Assembly (NCBI GenBank): GCA_902464275.1 | Contig: CABQIK010000002.1 | Location: 80,485 to 144,484 of the forward strand | Source: an uncultured Alphaproteobacteria bacterium | GTDB lineage: Bacteria > Pseudomonadota > Alphaproteobacteria > RF32 > CAG-239 | Direction: 5' to 3' | DNA: 64,000 nucleotides | Part shown: piece by piece, positions 54,581 through 64,000 of the stretch | How positions within the stretch are numbered: the stretch's first letter is position 1 | Layout of the letters: each line of letters begins with the position of its first letter | The notes under the pieces: generated by a model | Database searches by the model: none | Told to the model about the DNA's origin: nothing | The model's input: the letters and a program-made list of their open reading frames with translations, nothing else | Translations under genes and position numbers: made by a program

Positions 54581-54991
54581 GTGATGAATAAAATCATTGT
54601 CTTAAAAAAGAGAAAAGATTTTCTGAGAGCTGCCAAAGGTGTCAGAATGGTTGTTTCAACGGCTATTTTGCAGGCAGCTCGCAGTTTATCTGAAGAAGAT
54701 GTTCCCTTTAAGGTCGGCTTTACCGCGTCAAAAAAAATCGGCAAAGCATATTTTCGTAACCGCGCAAAACGCCGATTAAGAGCCGTTGTTCGCGAAGTTT
54801 TTCCTGAACTCGCTCTGACTAATACGGAATATGTTTTAATCAGCCGCTTTAACACTGCTTACTGCCCGTATCAAAATTTAAAAAATGACATAAAATGGGC
54901 GTTAAAGAAAGCCAACAAAATTTTATCGGCAGAGAATCAATCCGCAGAAGATGAAAACACCGCAACGGAAAGCTCCGAACAGGATAAATAG
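54581..54991 (+). CDS. rnpA: Ribonuclease P protein component
   Basis: Position after rpmH. Basic protein with a [21 protein letters not shown] (RNR-motif) region. GTG 54581 or ATG 54584. Confidence 0.88.
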   Translation: MMNKIIVLKKRKDFLRAAKGVRMVVSTAILQAARSLSEEDVPFKVGFTASKKIGKAYFRNRAKRRLRAVVREVFPELALTNTEYVLISRFNTAYCPYQNLKNDIKWALKKANKILSAENQSAEDENTATESSEQDK

Positions 54992-55002
54992 AGTTTTTTA
55001 AG

Positions 55003-55233
55003 ATGAAAAACCTGTTAATTTTACTTGTTAAATTTTATCAGAAATTTGTTTCGCCATTATGCGGCGGGTGTTGCCGTTTCAGACCCACCTGCTCGCAATA
55101 TATGATTGAGGCGCTGCAAATTCACGGCGTTATTAAAGGCTTGTATTTAGGGATTAAGCGCATATTAAAATGCCATCCGTGGGGCGGTTCCGGCTACGAC
55201 CCTGTCCCGCCGAAAAGAGCAAAAAAATTTTAA
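55003..55233 (+). CDS. yidD: Membrane protein insertion efficiency factor YidD
   Basis: YQKFVSPL....CRF.PTCSQY..EAL..HG..KG..L...RILKCHPW motifs. Confidence 0.92.
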   Translation: MKNLLILLVKFYQKFVSPLCGGCCRFRPTCSQYMIEALQIHGVIKGLYLGIKRILKCHPWGGSGYDPVPPKRAKKF

Positions 55234-55331
55234 TCAACAAGCGCGGCAGAATCGTTTTATATACTTGCCTTTAGGCAAAATTTATACTACAAACAAAGAA
55301 ATATGTACGATATTTAAGGAGTTTACAAAAA

Positions 55332-56996
55332 GTGAAAGAAGAAACAAGAGGCCTTTTGGCGGCTATTATGCTGTCTGTTTTGATTATTTTTGCAGTCAAT
55401 TACTTTTTTCCGGCCAACGAACCGGAATATACCGTTCAACAACAAAAACAAGCACCGGCAGTCGCCGCTGACACAACTTCGCAAGAAACCGCAACTTTGC
55501 TGTCTGCCGATGAAGTTGTTAAAGCCGAAAAACGAGTACCGATTAAAAATGCAAGCATTAACGGCAGTTTGCGGTTAAAAGGCGCCCGCTTTGACTATTT
55601 GAATTTGACCAAATATAAAGAAACTCTTGAAGATAACAGTCCTGATGTTGAACTTTTGTATCCGGCAGGCACTGAAGGTCAATATTTTGCCGAGCTTGGC
55701 TGGCTCAGCAACAACTCTGACTTAAAGCTTCCGACCTCAGAGAGCGAGTGGTCTCTTAAAGGAACTGAATTAACTCCGCAATCGCCGATTACGCTTGAAT
55801 GGGACAACGGGCAAGGTTTGCGCTTTATCCGCACTATCTCAGTTGACGAAAATTATTTGTTTAATATTACGCAAACAGTGGTAAACAATACCTCTGAAGA
55901 TGTGGTTTTGTATCCGTACGGACTTATAAGCCGCTCGTTTAAGGGCGAAGCATCACGCCAAAGCGCCGTTGTGCACCAAGGTATCAGCAGTGTTATTGAC
56001 GGCTCGCTAGAAGAAATTAAATACAAAAACTTAAAAGAAAACAAGCCGGAAACATTTGAAGTTTCAGAAGGTTGGGCAGGTTTTTCCGACCGCTATTGGT
56101 TTACGGCGTTTATTTTTAACGGCACGCAAAAAAATGACTTAAAATTTACCAACAACGGCAATGATTTGTTCCAAATTGATTACCGCAGCGCGCCGCTCAC
56201 GATTGCCGCAGGCGCCGCCGCTTCTGAAAATATGCGCTTTTTTGCGGGCGCCAAAGAGATTAAGCTGCTTGATGAATACGCTGACAAAGCCAACATCAAA
56301 AAATTTGACTTAGCGGTTGATTTCGGATGGTATTACTTTTTAACCAAGCCGTTCTTTTATATTTTAACGTTCTTGTATGGTATTATCGGCAATATGGGTT
56401 GGGCAATTTTGCTGTTCGCCGCCCTGCTCCGCTTGGCAATGTTCCCGATTGCCAATAAATCATACGACAGTATGTCAAAAATGAAAAAAATTCAGCCCAA
56501 AGTGGCGGAATTGCAAGAAAAATACAAAAGCGACAGAGCTTTATTGCAGCAAGCAACCATGGATTTATACCGTCGCGAAAAGATTAATCCGGCATCAGGA
56601 TGCTTGCCGATGTTTATTCAAATTCCGGTATTCTTTTCATTATATAAGGTGCTGAACATTTCAATAGAAATTCGCCACGCACCGTTTATCGGCTGGATTA
56701 AAGACTTGTCGGCACCTGATCCGCTCACCATTTCAGTATGGTCGCATATTCCGTTACCATCGCTTTTGGATATTGGTGTTTGGCCGATTTTGATGGGTTT
56801 GACCATGTGGATGCAGCAAAAACTTAATCCGACACCAGCTAACAAAGATCAAGCTCGTATGTTTGCGCTTATGCCGCTGATTTTTACCTTAATGTTAGGG
56901 CATTTTGCTTCCGGTTTGGTTATTTACTGGACTTTGAGCAACGTTCTTTCAATTTTGCAGCAGCGCGCCATTATGCGTAAAAACGGAGTTAAATAA
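55332..56996 (+). CDS. yidC: Membrane protein insertase YidC (long periplasmic P1 domain, Gram-negative type)
   Basis: 554 aa with a GTG start and RBS AAGGAG. The C-terminal 5-TM core contains GCLPMFIQIPVFFSLY. Confidence 0.93.
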   Translation: MKEETRGLLAAIMLSVLIIFAVNYFFPANEPEYTVQQQKQAPAVAADTTSQETATLLSADEVVKAEKRVPIKNASINGSLRLKGARFDYLNLTKYKETLEDNSPDVELLYPAGTEGQYFAELGWLSNNSDLKLPTSESEWSLKGTELTPQSPITLEWDNGQGLRFIRTISVDENYLFNITQTVVNNTSEDVVLYPYGLISRSFKGEASRQSAVVHQGISSVIDGSLEEIKYKNLKENKPETFEVSEGWAGFSDRYWFTAFIFNGTQKNDLKFTNNGNDLFQIDYRSAPLTIAAGAAASENMRFFAGAKEIKLLDEYADKANIKKFDLAVDFGWYYFLTKPFFYILTFLYGIIGNMGWAILLFAALLRLAMFPIANKSYDSMSKMKKIQPKVAELQEKYKSDRALLQQATMDLYRREKINPASGCLPMFIQIPVFFSLYKVLNISIEIRHAPFIGWIKDLSAPDPLTISVWSHIPLPSLLDIGVWPILMGLTMWMQQKLNPTPANKDQARMFALMPLIFTLMLGHFASGLVIYWTLSNVLSILQQRAIMRKNGVK

Positions 56997-57640
56997 TGAA
57001 GCTGAAACCGATTTTTGACAAGGAAACTTTAGAACCGGGGCGGAAACTTTTTTGCGAGCCTTGCAACTTTGTGCTCGGCGCCGCTGAGCTCCATCAGCTG
57101 CCGGATGGAAATATGCCGGAAGTGGCTTTTATCGGTCGGTCAAATGTTGGTAAATCAAGCTTGATTAACGCCTTGTTTAATCGCAACAACCTAGCTAAAA
57201 CCTCATCTACTCCGGGGCGCACTCAGCAGCTTAATTATTTTAATCTTAACAATAAGCTCTATTTGGTTGACCTTCCGGGGTATGGTTTTGCCAAAGCTCC
57301 CACCAACGTGGTAAAAAAATGGCATGAAGTTATTTTTACTTATCTGCAAGGACGCCCTAATTTAAGAAAGGTTTTTTTGCTTGCGGATTCCAATTTGGGA
57401 ATTAAAAAATCAGATTCTGAAATGATGGATATGCTAGATAAAGCCGCGGTGCCATATCAGGTTATTTTTACCAAATGCGACCGCATAAGTAATAAAGAAC
57501 TATACGAAACCATGGACGAGGTTGCCACATTGCTAAAAAAACATGCGGCCGCGCATAATGTGATTATTTACACCAGCGCTTCTAAAAAAATAGGGCTTGA
57601 AAACGTGCGGGCAGAAATAGCAAACTTGCTCCAAAATTAA
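56996..57640 (+). CDS. engB: Ribosome biogenesis GTPase EngB/YihA
   Basis: GRSNVGKSSLINAL (G1), DLPGYG (G3) and TKCD (G4). The start overlaps the yidC stop. Confidence 0.92.
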   Translation: MKLKPIFDKETLEPGRKLFCEPCNFVLGAAELHQLPDGNMPEVAFIGRSNVGKSSLINALFNRNNLAKTSSTPGRTQQLNYFNLNNKLYLVDLPGYGFAKAPTNVVKKWHEVIFTYLQGRPNLRKVFLLADSNLGIKKSDSEMMDMLDKAAVPYQVIFTKCDRISNKELYETMDEVATLLKKHAAAHNVIIYTSASKKIGLENVRAEIANLLQN

Positions 57641-57680
57641 AAAAATCCTAACTATTTACGAGTAAAATGGTTTTAATCAG

Positions 57681-57770
57681 AATACAACTTATGCACAACA
57701 TAGACTCGTAAATATTGCAAAAAAAAAACGGCGTCTATAATGTTTTATTATAGCACTTTAGAGAGGATTT
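57681..57770 (+). promoter_or_regulatory. Pilin-cassette copy 5 (divergent 3' part)
   Basis: AATACAACTTATGCACAACATAGACTCGTAAATATTGCA(10)CGGCGTCTATAATGTTTTATTATAG. A TATAAT at the same offset lies inside a different 7-bp hairpin. SD GAGAGGA. Confidence 0.75.
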
Positions 57771-57773
57771 TTG

Positions 57774-58493
57774 ATGATAAATACACAATCAGGAAGAAGT
57801 ATGGTGGAGATGCTCGGCGTTTTGGCGATTATCGGGGTCTTATCCGTGGGGGCGATTGCCGGATACAGCAAGGCAATGATGAAATACAAACTCAATAAAC
57901 ATGCTGAGCAGATGAATCAGATTATGGCGGCAATCAGTCGTCACACCGGTTCTTTTAAGAATATCCAATACGAAAGTTTTGTTACAGGCGCATTTACTAA
58001 AATGGGAGAATTTCCAAGTGAAATGTCTCAAGACAATAATACTGTAAGTGTTTATGATATTTTTAAAAATCGTATATCTGTTGTATATTCTCCAAAAACT
58101 TCAAGCTCCAACCATAGTGCTCAGAATGAAATCAGGTTAGATTATTATTTATCCACTGACAGCAATACCGCTGTTGAGCTGTGTCGTTCATTGTTTGTTG
58201 CCGCCAAAGAGCAAAGCGGCGAGTTACACCGGATATTTACTACGACTAGCAGTAGTCCAAACGACCAAAACCAATATTACGGCGATAAGTATTGCACTAA
58301 CAACTGCATTAAAAATCTTAGTATGAACACTATCGGCAATATCTGCGCGAATGCTCAAGGTAAATCAAGTAATATCCGAGATAATGACATGGCCGGCGAA
58401 ATGTCATTATCCACCTTCGGATTAAGTATCGGTGGCTCTGATGATACCAGCAACAATATTGATAGCATAAACTTTGTGTGGAAAGCTGACTAA
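57774..58493 (+). CDS. Prepilin-type pilin-like protein, paralogue 4
   Basis: M(I)NTQSG-RSMVEMLGVLAIIGVLSVGAIAGY with the ELCRSLFVAAKEQ core. ATG 57774 (6 nt after GAGAGGA) is preferred over TTG 57771. Confidence 0.8.
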   Translation: MINTQSGRSMVEMLGVLAIIGVLSVGAIAGYSKAMMKYKLNKHAEQMNQIMAAISRHTGSFKNIQYESFVTGAFTKMGEFPSEMSQDNNTVSVYDIFKNRISVVYSPKTSSSNHSAQNEIRLDYYLSTDSNTAVELCRSLFVAAKEQSGELHRIFTTTSSSPNDQNQYYGDKYCTNNCIKNLSMNTIGNICANAQGKSSNIRDNDMAGEMSLSTFGLSIGGSDDTSNNIDSINFVWKAD

Positions 58494-58523
58494 GAAGTTA
58501 TTTGAACATAGCTTAGATATTAC

Positions 58524-58559
58524 AAAAAATGTTGCAAATTTGAATTTGCAACATTTTTT
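58524..58559 (+). terminator. Perfect 17-bp-arm palindrome / terminator
   Basis: AAAAAATGTTGCAAATT-tg-AATTTGCAACATTTTTT. The right half-site is repeated at ~58572-58587. Confidence 0.65.
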
Positions 58560-58594
58560 GCAATATTTTTTAAATTTGCAACATTTTTGGGTAT

Positions 58595-58689
58595 CCACAA
58601 CTTATACACACCCCGGACTCGTAAATATTGCAAAAAAAAAACGCGAGCTAAAATCTTTTCAAAACAACTAATTTGAGGAGATTTTTATT
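58595..58689 (+). promoter_or_regulatory. Pilin-cassette copy 6
   Basis: CCACAACTTATACACACCCCGGACTCGTAAATATTGCA(10)CGCGAGCTAAAATCTTTTCAAA...TTTGAGGAGATTTTTA, then ATG at 58690. Confidence 0.8.
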
Positions 58690-59352
58690 ATGAAATCAGA
58701 AAACGGCAGAAGTATGGTGGAAATGCTTGGCGTGCTCGCTATTATCGGCGTTTTATCTGTCGGGGCTATCAGCGGATACTCCAAGGCCATGTTTAAGTAT
58801 AAGCTCAACAAACAGGCGGAAAGTTTCAGCATGCTGTTAAATGAGGCGATAATGCTTTTGCCTGATTTAGAGCGTCATTACGGTAAAAACGTTACAACCC
58901 GCAATAACCTGAATGACTTTTTCTATAAAGCCAACCTGTTGCCGGACGGTATGACTTATAATGCGGCGGATAACCGTATTTATGATATATTTAAGAACAA
59001 AATTCTGTTGCATTATACTATGTCTATTCATGGCGACGGCAGCACATCAACGGACTATTATATGGCGATTGAAACGAATCACGCGGGCGGCACAATCAGC
59101 GGGCAAAATAACGAAATTTGCCGCAATATATTTCTTGTCGCCAAAGAAAACGCCCAAAATATTTTAAGTATAGAAATGCGCTCCACCAGAACAGACGGAT
59201 ATTCCACAGTAATATTACGCGGCGGACGTCATCCAACCTCAAACACTTTAAGCAAAGCCTCTATAAAGCAAATTAATGACACGTGCTCTTCATGCAATGC
59301 GGAAAAGGGTTGCGAAATCTTTTTAGTTATAAATGAAGCGCCCAACCCGTAA
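58690..59352 (+). CDS. Prepilin-type pilin-like protein, paralogue 5
   Basis: 220 aa. MKSENG-RSMVEMLGVLAIIGVLSVGAISGY, the EICRNIFLVAKEN core, and C-terminal CSSCNAEKGC. Confidence 0.8.
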   Translation: MKSENGRSMVEMLGVLAIIGVLSVGAISGYSKAMFKYKLNKQAESFSMLLNEAIMLLPDLERHYGKNVTTRNNLNDFFYKANLLPDGMTYNAADNRIYDIFKNKILLHYTMSIHGDGSTSTDYYMAIETNHAGGTISGQNNEICRNIFLVAKENAQNILSIEMRSTRTDGYSTVILRGGRHPTSNTLSKASIKQINDTCSSCNAEKGCEIFLVINEAPNP

Positions 59353-59492
59353 ATTATACGCAGGTTTGCCGGTTTTTATATTTTTGACTTGAAAAATTAA
59401 TCTTTAATGCTAAATTAGCGATTGATTAAAGATTTTATCTATGCCTGTGCGGGGCGGTCCGCACGCTTTCTGCCGATGTGCGGCAGAAATAA

Positions 59493-60521
<1,029 letters not shown>

Positions 60522-60608
60522 TTATAAACCTTTAATCCCCGCCGCAAATGCTTATTTATTTAAGCATAAAGTTTACGGCGGGGAATCTTTTAACAGAAAG
60601 GAAAATCT

Positions 60609-61820
60609 ATGCAACAGTACAGAACTCTTGAAGATTTGAACAACTTAAACGGCAAAGTAGTTATGCTCCGCGCTGACTTAAACGTGCCGATGGATGAAAA
60701 TTTTAATGTTACCAACACCGCTCGTATTGACCGCACCGTTCCGACCATTAAATATTTAATGGATAAAGGCGCCAAAGTTGTGGTTATTTCACACTTCGGA
60801 CGTCCGGAAGGCAAAGGCGATATGAAAAACTCATTAAGCCACATTGTGCCTGATTTGCAAAAAGCTTTGGGGCACAAAGTTGTGTTTGTTGATGACTGCA
60901 TCGGTCCGAAAGTTGAGCAAGCTATTAAAAATATGAAAGCCGATGAAGTTTTATTGCTTGAAAATCTGCGTTTTTATGATGAAGAGAAAAAAGGCAATGC
61001 CGAATGGGCAAAAGAATTGGTTAAACCGGCTGATGTTTATGTATCAGACGCCTTTTCAACCGCGCACCGCGCCCACGCCTCAATGGTTGCCGCCGCTGAG
61101 CAGCTTCCGTCGGTTATGGGCTTGTTAATGGAAGAAGAAGTTGACGCCTTAACCAAAGGCCTGAACAATCCGGAGCGCCCGTTGATGGCGATTGTCGGCG
61201 GTTCAAAAGTTTCAACCAAACTTGACCTCTTGAATAATCTGGTTAAAAAAGTTAACAAATTGGTTATCTCCGGCGGTATGGCTCACACCTTTTTGAAGGC
61301 TCAGGGTTTTGACGCCATTAACGAAAAAAATTCGTTGGTTCAGCCTGATATGATTGAAACCGCCAAAGAAATTATGGAAACCGCCAAAGCCAGCAACTGC
61401 GAAATTATCTTGCCGTGCGACCTGGTTGCCGCTAAAGAATTTAAGCCCAATGCCGAACACAAAACCGTTGACTTGGAACATATTCCGGCTGAAGGTTGGG
61501 AATTGCTTGACATTGGCGAAAAGAGCATTGCTCAAATTAATGCCAAATTGGAAGAATGCAAAACTTTGGTTTGGAACGGCCCGTTGGGCGTGTTTGAAAT
61601 GAAACCGTTTGACAACGCTACCAACAAAGTTGCGCAAAAAGCCGCTGAATTAACCGCTGCCGGAAAACTTACTTCCGTTGCAGGCGGCGGCGATACCGTT
61701 TCCGCTTTGGCTAATGCCGGCGTTGCCAACAAGTTTACTTATATTTCAACCGCGGGCGGCGCTTTCTTAGAATGGATGGAAGGCAAAGAACTCCCCGGAG
61801 TTGCCGTAATGAAAAAATAA
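60609..61820 (+). CDS. pgk: Phosphoglycerate kinase
   Basis: RADLNVP, HFGRPEGKG and STAGGAFLEW motifs. Confidence 0.96.
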   Translation: MQQYRTLEDLNNLNGKVVMLRADLNVPMDENFNVTNTARIDRTVPTIKYLMDKGAKVVVISHFGRPEGKGDMKNSLSHIVPDLQKALGHKVVFVDDCIGPKVEQAIKNMKADEVLLLENLRFYDEEKKGNAEWAKELVKPADVYVSDAFSTAHRAHASMVAAAEQLPSVMGLLMEEEVDALTKGLNNPERPLMAIVGGSKVSTKLDLLNNLVKKVNKLVISGGMAHTFLKAQGFDAINEKNSLVQPDMIETAKEIMETAKASNCEIILPCDLVAAKEFKPNAEHKTVDLEHIPAEGWELLDIGEKSIAQINAKLEECKTLVWNGPLGVFEMKPFDNATNKVAQKAAELTAAGKLTSVAGGGDTVSALANAGVANKFTYISTAGGAFLEWMEGKELPGVAVMKK

Positions 61821-61845
61821 GTTTTTCATTCCTGTTTAAAACTCA

Positions 61846-61875
61846 CCCCTTGAGCCAAAACTCAAGGGGTTTTTA
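61846..61875 (+). terminator. Rho-independent terminator
   Basis: CCCCTTGAG-ccaaaa-CTCAAGGGG followed by TTTTT. Confidence 0.85.
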
Positions 61876-61973
61876 TTAACTTAGCAACAACTTTCATGAG
61901 GAAAAGTGTATGTTTTGGGCGAATTTTCGTAAGGAAAAGTGTGAAGCCTCGCGGCAATCGCAAGCAATATCCG

Positions 61974-62999
61974 CTACTTAAACTCTTTAGGATATACTTT
62001 GCCTCCGTCTTTGAGCAGAGAAGCATCGCCGCGTTTAAATTTATAGCGTGATTTTTGCCCGAGATTACGTTCATAAATTTCGCCCATGTTACCAACATCA
62101 GTAATGGCATTACGAACCCAGTCCGGTTTTAAGCCGAAATTTTGCCATACTTCACTGTTTTCACCAAGCAGGTTGCGAACCGATTCATCATCTACGGATT
62201 CAATATCGGCAATGTTATTTTTGCTGATACCCTTTTCTTCCGCTAAATACAGCGCGTTTATAACCCACTTTAATTTAGCCGCCAACATATAATTTTTGGG
62301 GCTGACAAAAGCATAAACCGGCTTATAGGCAAATTCTTCAGGCAAAACCCGCACGCCTTTTTGCTTGCCGTCAAACATCATGTCTTTTAAAACCGTGCCC
62401 TGAGCGGTAAGCAACTCGCACCGTTTGAGCAAAAATGACATACGCGCTTTATTGAAGGAATTAAACGGTAAAATCCGCAAATTAAGTTTGTACTTGGCGT
62501 TATAAGATTTTAAATCAGGCAAATACTCAGCCTCAGCGGAAACGCAAACTTTTTTGCCGTTAAAATCTTCCATGGATTTAACATCTTCAGGCGCGTCTTT
62601 AGCGGCAAACATCTGGCGGTCATAATACAGCAAACCGACTTCTTCTGCCTGCCCTTTGCCCTGCATGGCAAGCGAATATTTTCCGCCGCTGAGCATAACA
62701 TCAATCAAACCGGCTTGCAATGCTCCGGCCGCCTGATAAGAACGGGTATCGGTAATTTTAAACCGGTCGCCGTCGCCCAAAATTGCCCAGGCAAGCGCGC
62801 GGCATATATCCGCGTCAAAGCCTTGCCATCTGCCGTCTTTTTTGTAGGCATAGGTATTAACGCTTAAATCAGAACCGCAGCTTAACACTTTGCCGTTTAA
62901 AATTTGTTCGGGTTTAACTTCTGCCGCTTGTGCGGAGCAAATTGCCGCATTAAAAAAAATTGCCGTTAAAAATAAATTTAATTTCATTTTATTAACCAT
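61974..62999 (-). CDS. Periplasmic amino-acid ABC transporter substrate-binding protein (family 3, AapJ-like)
   Basis: Signal peptide (start ATG 62999 or 62987). WQGFDADICRA and GLIDVMLSG motifs. Confidence 0.75.
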   Translation of the reverse strand: MVNKMKLNLFLTAIFFNAAICSAQAAEVKPEQILNGKVLSCGSDLSVNTYAYKKDGRWQGFDADICRALAWAILGDGDRFKITDTRSYQAAGALQAGLIDVMLSGGKYSLAMQGKGQAEEVGLLYYDRQMFAAKDAPEDVKSMEDFNGKKVCVSAEAEYLPDLKSYNAKYKLNLRILPFNSFNKARMSFLLKRCELLTAQGTVLKDMMFDGKQKGVRVLPEEFAYKPVYAFVSPKNYMLAAKLKWVINALYLAEEKGISKNNIADIESVDDESVRNLLGENSEVWQNFGLKPDWVRNAITDVGNMGEIYERNLGQKSRYKFKRGDASLLKDGGKVYPKEFK

Positions 63000-63049
63000 T
63001 TGATGTTAAAGTGTATTACATATAATACCGTTATATTAGGGCATTTTTT

Positions 63050-63709
63050 ATGAAAAGTAAGTTTTTTTTGCAAGTTATCACAGTTGTTTTAAGCTTTTTT
63101 GCCTTGGCGCAAACAGCAAGCGCGGCGCCGGTTGAAAAAGAAACCGCCGTCAGGTGGGCAAACGATACCGGTTCGCGGCTGATTGAGGCCTTGGGCAATC
63201 CTGACCTTGAAAGCAAATACGCCGTGCTTGATAAAATGTTTGCCGATGACGTTGACGGCGACTACATCGCCCGTTTTACAATAGGCAAATATTGGAAAGA
63301 AATGAGCTCTGAACAGCAACAAAATTACACTGCTTTATTTAAGCGCTACATGCTGAGTCTGTATAAAAATTATCCGCTTGATTTTGAAACCGACGGGATT
63401 AATTTTACCATAACTTCCGTTCGGGTCGGCACTAATCAGACCAGTGTTTTTTGCACCGTTAATCTGCCGGAGCAGATGGCAAGCGAAAATTTTGACCATG
63501 TTAATTTAGAATTTACCTTAACTAAAGATAACGGCAAAATTAAAATCCGCGATCTTAAAATCGGCGAAAGCAGCCTGCTTCTGACTTACCGCGGGCGGTT
63601 TTATCAAATGATGAAAGACGCCGATGAAGATTTTGAGTGGTTTTTGGAAGATTTAGAAACACTCACCGTTTCAAACGAGCGCAACGCCGAGCAAAATTTA
63701 GAACTGTAA
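63050..63709 (+). CDS. mlaC: MlaC/Ttg2D-family phospholipid-binding periplasmic protein
   Basis: Signal peptide. DGDYIARFTIGKYWKEMSSEQQQNYTALFKRYMLSLY is typical of the family. Confidence 0.78.
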   Translation: MKSKFFLQVITVVLSFFALAQTASAAPVEKETAVRWANDTGSRLIEALGNPDLESKYAVLDKMFADDVDGDYIARFTIGKYWKEMSSEQQQNYTALFKRYMLSLYKNYPLDFETDGINFTITSVRVGTNQTSVFCTVNLPEQMASENFDHVNLEFTLTKDNGKIKIRDLKIGESSLLLTYRGRFYQMMKDADEDFEWFLEDLETLTVSNERNAEQNLEL

Positions 63710-63732
63710 CCTTTTTTGATTTTTTGAGTTGA

Positions 63733-64000
<268 letters not shown>

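Noticed and set aside
58474-58671. 65-aa ORF spanning the gap between pilin-like genes 4 and 5
   Set aside because: It runs through the palindromic terminator and cassette copy 6, lacks an RBS, and is explained by non-coding elements.
13243-58689. The six repeated cassettes as a CRISPR-like or tandem-repeat array
   Set aside because: Copies are 0.9-17 kb apart and always in intergenic regions. Each is followed by a gene in the same orientation, and no spacers or cas genes are present. The cassette is a dispersed regulatory element, not an array.

Overview
This 64-kb window comes from a moderately AT-rich Gram-negative chromosome. All calls rest on the supplied ORF track plus motif recognition by eye; no similarity search was run. 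The backbone carries housekeeping genes: uvrB, rplI-rpsR-rpsF, comM/yifB-like, dtd, an msbA-like exporter, lgt, queA, uvrC, pgsA, an OmpR/EnvZ-type pair, rpmH-rnpA-yidD-yidC-engB, gap-pgk, a mlaC-like gene and the start of gltX. The synteny looks proteobacterial, perhaps alphaproteobacterial, but that is inference only. The window has three parts. (i) 1-12.2 kb is an AT-rich mosaic defence island. It holds the 3' end of a type I R-M hsdR, an OLD-like ABC-ATPase/Toprim protein, a Dam-type methylase, a ParB-domain protein and a stand-alone PD-(D/E)xK/DUF5655-like protein. It also holds an AbiL-like AAA-ATPase + RloB pair and an AbiEi/AbiEii toxin-antitoxin pair, interleaved with GC-richer small genes. 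(ii) 12.3-19.7 kb is a surface-polysaccharide cluster: two GT2 genes, a UDP-glucuronate decarboxylase, ugd, and a 1003-aa ATP-grasp+GT2+GT8 fusion. (iii) 19.7-64 kb is housekeeping backbone punctuated by five paralogous prepilin-type (class III signal peptide) genes. Each pilin-like gene is preceded by a near-identical ~60-120-bp non-coding cassette, and a sixth cassette copy sits in front of a glycosyltransferase gene. The cassette contains a TTATNCACA box, an invariant 26-nt block ending in an A10 tract, a -10-like hexamer and a 17-20-bp inverted repeat that buries the Shine-Dalgarno sequence. It is better conserved than the coding sequence it precedes. One pilin-like gene carries a 171-nt in-frame, hairpin-rich insertion in its leader peptide. 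An AT-rich islet at 23.2-25.9 kb encodes a lytic-transglycosylase-like protein followed by two tandem paralogous membrane proteins. I saw no rRNA, tRNA, CRISPR array, integrase or transposase. The best candidates for something undescribed are the pilin-cassette regulon and the unassigned modules inside the defence island.
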